DNA of 64,000 nucleotides from a virus (Duplodnaviria; Heunggongvirae; Uroviricota; Caudoviricetes): IMG/VR virus record IMGVR_UViG_3300045988_137643, positions 1 to 64,000 of that record; one strand, 5' to 3'. Shown piece by piece: positions 60,961 to 64,000 of this stretch (position 1 is its first letter; each line of letters starts with the position of its first letter). The notes under the pieces were generated by a model. It saw only the letters and a program-made list of their open reading frames with translations, ran no database searches and was not told where the DNA came from. The position numbers and the translations under genes were made by a program.

Positions 60961-62196
60961 ATGACTACTACTGCACTGCAAAATGAAAAAAATCCTTCTG
61001 ATTACCTTGTTTGCAAGTGGTGCGGAAAATCATTTCACTATTTTAAGTCCCATGTAGCCTATGGTAATTGCGAGGGCATTCCTGAGTCGGTAAAAGATGC
61101 CGATCCTGACACCGTACTGAAAATGTACACAACGCAGTTTCCAGATGAACCAACGCTATCGAAAAAGGCACTTGATGCAATTCAAGCTAAACGTGCCGAG
61201 CAAAAAAGCGAAATGGCCAAATCTTCTGGTGTGACCAGTAGCCCAGGCTACATAGGCACAGTTGAGTACAAGACAGATCTGGTCGCAGCTCACGAACTGC
61301 TAGACGTAACGGTGGAAGAACTCGGAACAAAACGTGGGACGCCGCTCATGGTTAGCGTCAACGTCAATACGCCGTTTCCAGAGTTCGTTCCTGAAGTGAA
61401 GAAGGGCTACGTATATGGCGACTTCGAACTGATCAAAGACATTTTCATGATGCTTGAACTTGGCATACCAGGCTATTTGTGGGGACATGCAGGAACAGGC
61501 AAATCGTCATTGCCTACACAGCTATGTGCTTTGCTCAATCGTCCGTTGATCCGTGCCCAACATACAGCATCAATGGAAGAAGCTCATGTTACGGGTCAAA
61601 TTCTGGCGCGTGATGGCTCTACGTATTTCGAGCCAGGCTTGCTTGCGCTCGCAATGAAGCATGGCTGGGTTTACCTCGCGGATGAATACGACTTTGCGTT
61701 TCCACAAATTCTTGGCGTGTATCAGCCAGTGCTGGAAGGTGAAGCGTTGGTCATCAAAGAGGCGACACCAGAATGGCGTCGCATTACTCCGCATAAACGG
61801 TTTGCTTTTATTGGCACTGGCAACACGAACGGATCTGGTGATGAAACCGGCTTGTACCAGGGTACAAACATCCAGAACGCCGCGAACTTTTCGCGTTTTG
61901 GCATCGTTTCGAATGTGAAATACATGAGCAAAGAGGCAGAGATCAACATGTTGATAAATGCCGGCATTGTGGATGAGTACGCTGAAAAGATGGTTAAGTT
62001 TGCCGGTATCGTTCGCGATGGTTACGAAGAACACAATATCAGCCAACCGATTGGGCCTCGTGAGCTTTTGTTGTCGGCCAAGATTGGAATGATGCGAGGC
62101 GACTTTGTGACAGGTATTGAGCGTTCTTTCATTAACAAACTCCCTTCAGCTTCTGCGCAAGCGGCACGTGAAGTTGTTCAAAAAATATTTGGTTAA
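60961..62196 (+). CDS. AAA+ ATPase (CobS/MoxR-like)
   Basis: Walker A GHAGTGKSS, Walker B VYLADEYD; paired with upstream vWA protein. Confidence 0.7.
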   Translation: MTTTALQNEKNPSDYLVCKWCGKSFHYFKSHVAYGNCEGIPESVKDADPDTVLKMYTTQFPDEPTLSKKALDAIQAKRAEQKSEMAKSSGVTSSPGYIGTVEYKTDLVAAHELLDVTVEELGTKRGTPLMVSVNVNTPFPEFVPEVKKGYVYGDFELIKDIFMMLELGIPGYLWGHAGTGKSSLPTQLCALLNRPLIRAQHTASMEEAHVTGQILARDGSTYFEPGLLALAMKHGWVYLADEYDFAFPQILGVYQPVLEGEALVIKEATPEWRRITPHKRFAFIGTGNTNGSGDETGLYQGTNIQNAANFSRFGIVSNVKYMSKEAEINMLINAGIVDEYAEKMVKFAGIVRDGYEEHNISQPIGPRELLLSAKIGMMRGDFVTGIERSFINKLPSASAQAAREVVQKIFG

Positions 62197-62198
62197 TC

Positions 62199-62402
62199 GT
62201 GCGTAAAGGATGTTTCGGCTCTCTTATCGCTGCTTCTGAAACTGGTAAGGCTTGTCTGGTGTGTCCAGACAAGCCCGATTGTCACCAATCAGCAAAAGAA
62301 GTTGCGATTTCGATGCATGGGAAGTTCGTAGGCTTCCCAAATGACAAAATCAAAAAAACCAGAAAGGTAAAAACACATGAAGGCACTGATGGTTCGAACT
62401 GA
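62199..62402 (+). CDS. small Cys-rich hypothetical protein
   Basis: ORF track; overlaps dnaE start; weak support. Confidence 0.3.
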   Translation: MRKGCFGSLIAASETGKACLVCPDKPDCHQSAKEVAISMHGKFVGFPNDKIKKTRKVKTHEGTDGSN

Positions 62403-64000
62403 CTTCTCACTTGGGGAGTCGGCTCTAAAAGCAGAAAACGCGGTGAAGATTGCCAGAGAAGCTGGCTACACCGCTGTAATTTCAGCAGATAGCATGAATA
62501 TTGCGAGTGTTATTCCACTACAACGTGCCGCTGGTGACGACATGGCGGTTATTTGTGGTGTGAAACTAAACATCGTTGATGATCCCACATACGAGCACCG
62601 GGCTAAACTTGCTAAAGAATCTAAGGGATGTATGGAATCATTAGAGCGAGGACGTAACTACTCGTTTACCGCTCTAATTAAAAATGAGCAAGGATATCGC
62701 GACATCTGCGAACTAATGACGGTGGCCAACACACGAGAACAGTTCTACTTTGTACCGCGTCTCTCGCTCGAACAGTTGGTTTCTACATATGCCAAAGGCA
62801 ACATCATCCTGCTCACTTCCGACATCGGTAGCGTGTTCCAACGCAACGATTTTGCAAAAATCATAAGCACACTGATTACAGCGGGTGGAAAAGACAACTT
62901 CTATAGTGTGGTTTATCCGCACCCTACCCCATTCTACGACCAGATTAACGTCCGGGCGATGAAAGTCGCCAGCGCACTGAAAATAGAGCCAGTAGCGTTC
63001 TATCCCGCTTATTACGAATCGATCGACGATGCAGACATTAAAGACATTGCGCACATGGTTACGAACAACATCAAAATCGACCAGCCGCATCGTCTGCGTA
63101 TCCCCCACCAGCGAGATAACGCCGTCAATGGTCGCCGCCATCTCCTTGAGGCGCTGAAAGCCTTCTCCGTTCGCATGGATGTGCCGGTAACAGCTGCAAT
63201 GGCCTCAACAACGCAGGATACCATTATCGATGCCTGCACATGGCGCTGGCATGAATTGCCACCAGCACTGCCAAAGATGGCAGACGACGAGCCTGCAACG
63301 CTGATGAAACTGGCCGTTGCTGGGCTGCGTAAACGTCTTACCACAAAAGAGTTTGGCTACACACCACCGGCTTCTGAGAACAGGATTTATGTTGAACGGC
63401 TTAAGTACGAAATGGACACGCTGACTCGCCTGGGATTTTGTGGTTACTTCCTGATGGTACGCGATCTGATGAATCACAGCCGTGAAACTGGCATTCCTGT
63501 CGGGCCTGGTCGTGGTTCCTCTGCCGGTTCTCTGGTGGCGTGGTGCATAGGCATAACCAACGTCGACCCAATCCGTCACGGTCTTCTGTTTGAGCGTTTC
63601 ATCAACCCTGAGCGTCTCGACTTGCCGGATGCGGACTTGGACTTCAGCCAGGCACGTCGCCATGAGGTGATCGAGTATCTGAATGAACGCTACGGCGAAG
63701 ATTACGTTGCAGGCATTCCGAACTTCACCTACCTGGGCGCAGCCTCTGCACTACGTGACACCGCTCGTATTTATGGTGTGGAGTCCGCAGATATGGCGGT
63801 ATCAAAAGAACTGAAGAACGTCGAGGATGATAGCCTTCCATTGGAAGAACTGCGCGAACAACTGGCAAGTCTCGACAAATACGCAACAAAATATCCTGAT
63901 GCATTCAATGCAGCCTGCAAGTTACAAAGCCTTATGCGTGGCTTTGGTAGACATGCGGCAGGGATGATCGTAGCAGGTGTTCCTCTGACAGAACGCACAC
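62377..64000 (+). CDS. dnaE: DNA polymerase III alpha subunit (DnaE-type), 5' part; continues beyond window
   Basis: N-terminal PHP-like domain; conserved segment GRGSSAGSLVAWCIGITNVDP...LLFERFINPER; frame open to end of window. Confidence 0.8.
   Translation, partial: MKALMVRTDFSLGESALKAENAVKIAREAGYTAVISADSMNIASVIPLQRAAGDDMAVICGVKLNIVDDPTYEHRAKLAKESKGCMESLERGRNYSFTALIKNEQGYRDICELMTVANTREQFYFVPRLSLEQLVSTYAKGNIILLTSDIGSVFQRNDFAKIISTLITAGGKDNFYSVVYPHPTPFYDQINVRAMKVASALKIEPVAFYPAYYESIDDADIKDIAHMVTNNIKIDQPHRLRIPHQRDNAVNGRRHLLEALKAFSVRMDVPVTAAMASTTQDTIIDACTWRWHELPPALPKMADDEPATLMKLAVAGLRKRLTTKEFGYTPPASENRIYVERLKYEMDTLTRLGFCGYFLMVRDLMNHSRETGIPVGPGRGSSAGSLVAWCIGITNVDPIRHGLLFERFINPERLDLPDADLDFSQARRHEVIEYLNERYGEDYVAGIPNFTYLGAASALRDTARIYGVESADMAVSKELKNVEDDSLPLEELREQLASLDKYATKYPDAFNAACKLQSLMRGFGRHAAGMIVAGVPLTERT

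Noticed and set aside
62713-63663. Minus-strand ORFs 62713..63141, 63012..63344, 63205..63663
   Set aside because: Lie antisense within the dnaE-type polymerase coding frame, which shows conserved PolIII alpha motifs; considered shadow ORFs.

Overview
The window reads as one contiguous piece of a tailed dsDNA phage genome with a lambda-like siphovirus tail module. It also carries plasmid-type partition genes (deviant Walker-A ParA plus a ribbon-helix-helix partner), its own replisome genes (DnaB-like helicase, DnaG-like primase, ATP-dependent ligase, DnaE-type PolIII alpha running off the 3' end), four tRNAs, and an XRE repressor next to a tyrosine-recombinase gene. That combination suggests a temperate phage-plasmid; from memory it resembles SSU5/pHCM2-type elements, but no database search was possible. 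Layout: 1-5.5 kb early small genes on the + strand; 6.0-11.4 kb a minus-strand accessory block ending in an SF2 helicase; 11.5-14.7 kb a ParB-like/ParB-like/ATPase/GNAT operon; 14.9-43.6 kb terminase, head, tail and lysis genes; 45-52.4 kb partition and replication; 53.3-55.2 kb tRNAs packed among long hairpins; 55.2-58.7 kb HEPN-like gene, glutaredoxin, integrase-like gene and repressor; 58.8-62.2 kb a vWA/AAA+ pair; then dnaE. The best candidates for something undescribed are (1) the ParB-ParB-ATPase-GNAT operon fused onto the packaging operon, (2) the HEPN-like gene in the tRNA/integrase locus, (3) the family of long inverted-repeat hairpins around the tRNAs, and (4) the A+T-rich minus-strand island with a CRP-type site. 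Two distinct palindromic motif families (AAACAA-N-TTGTTT and TAAGTA-Nn-TACTTA) recur across the window and look like two regulatory circuits. All calls rest on reading the sequence and translated ORFs by eye; no similarity search, GC computation or RNA folding was run.
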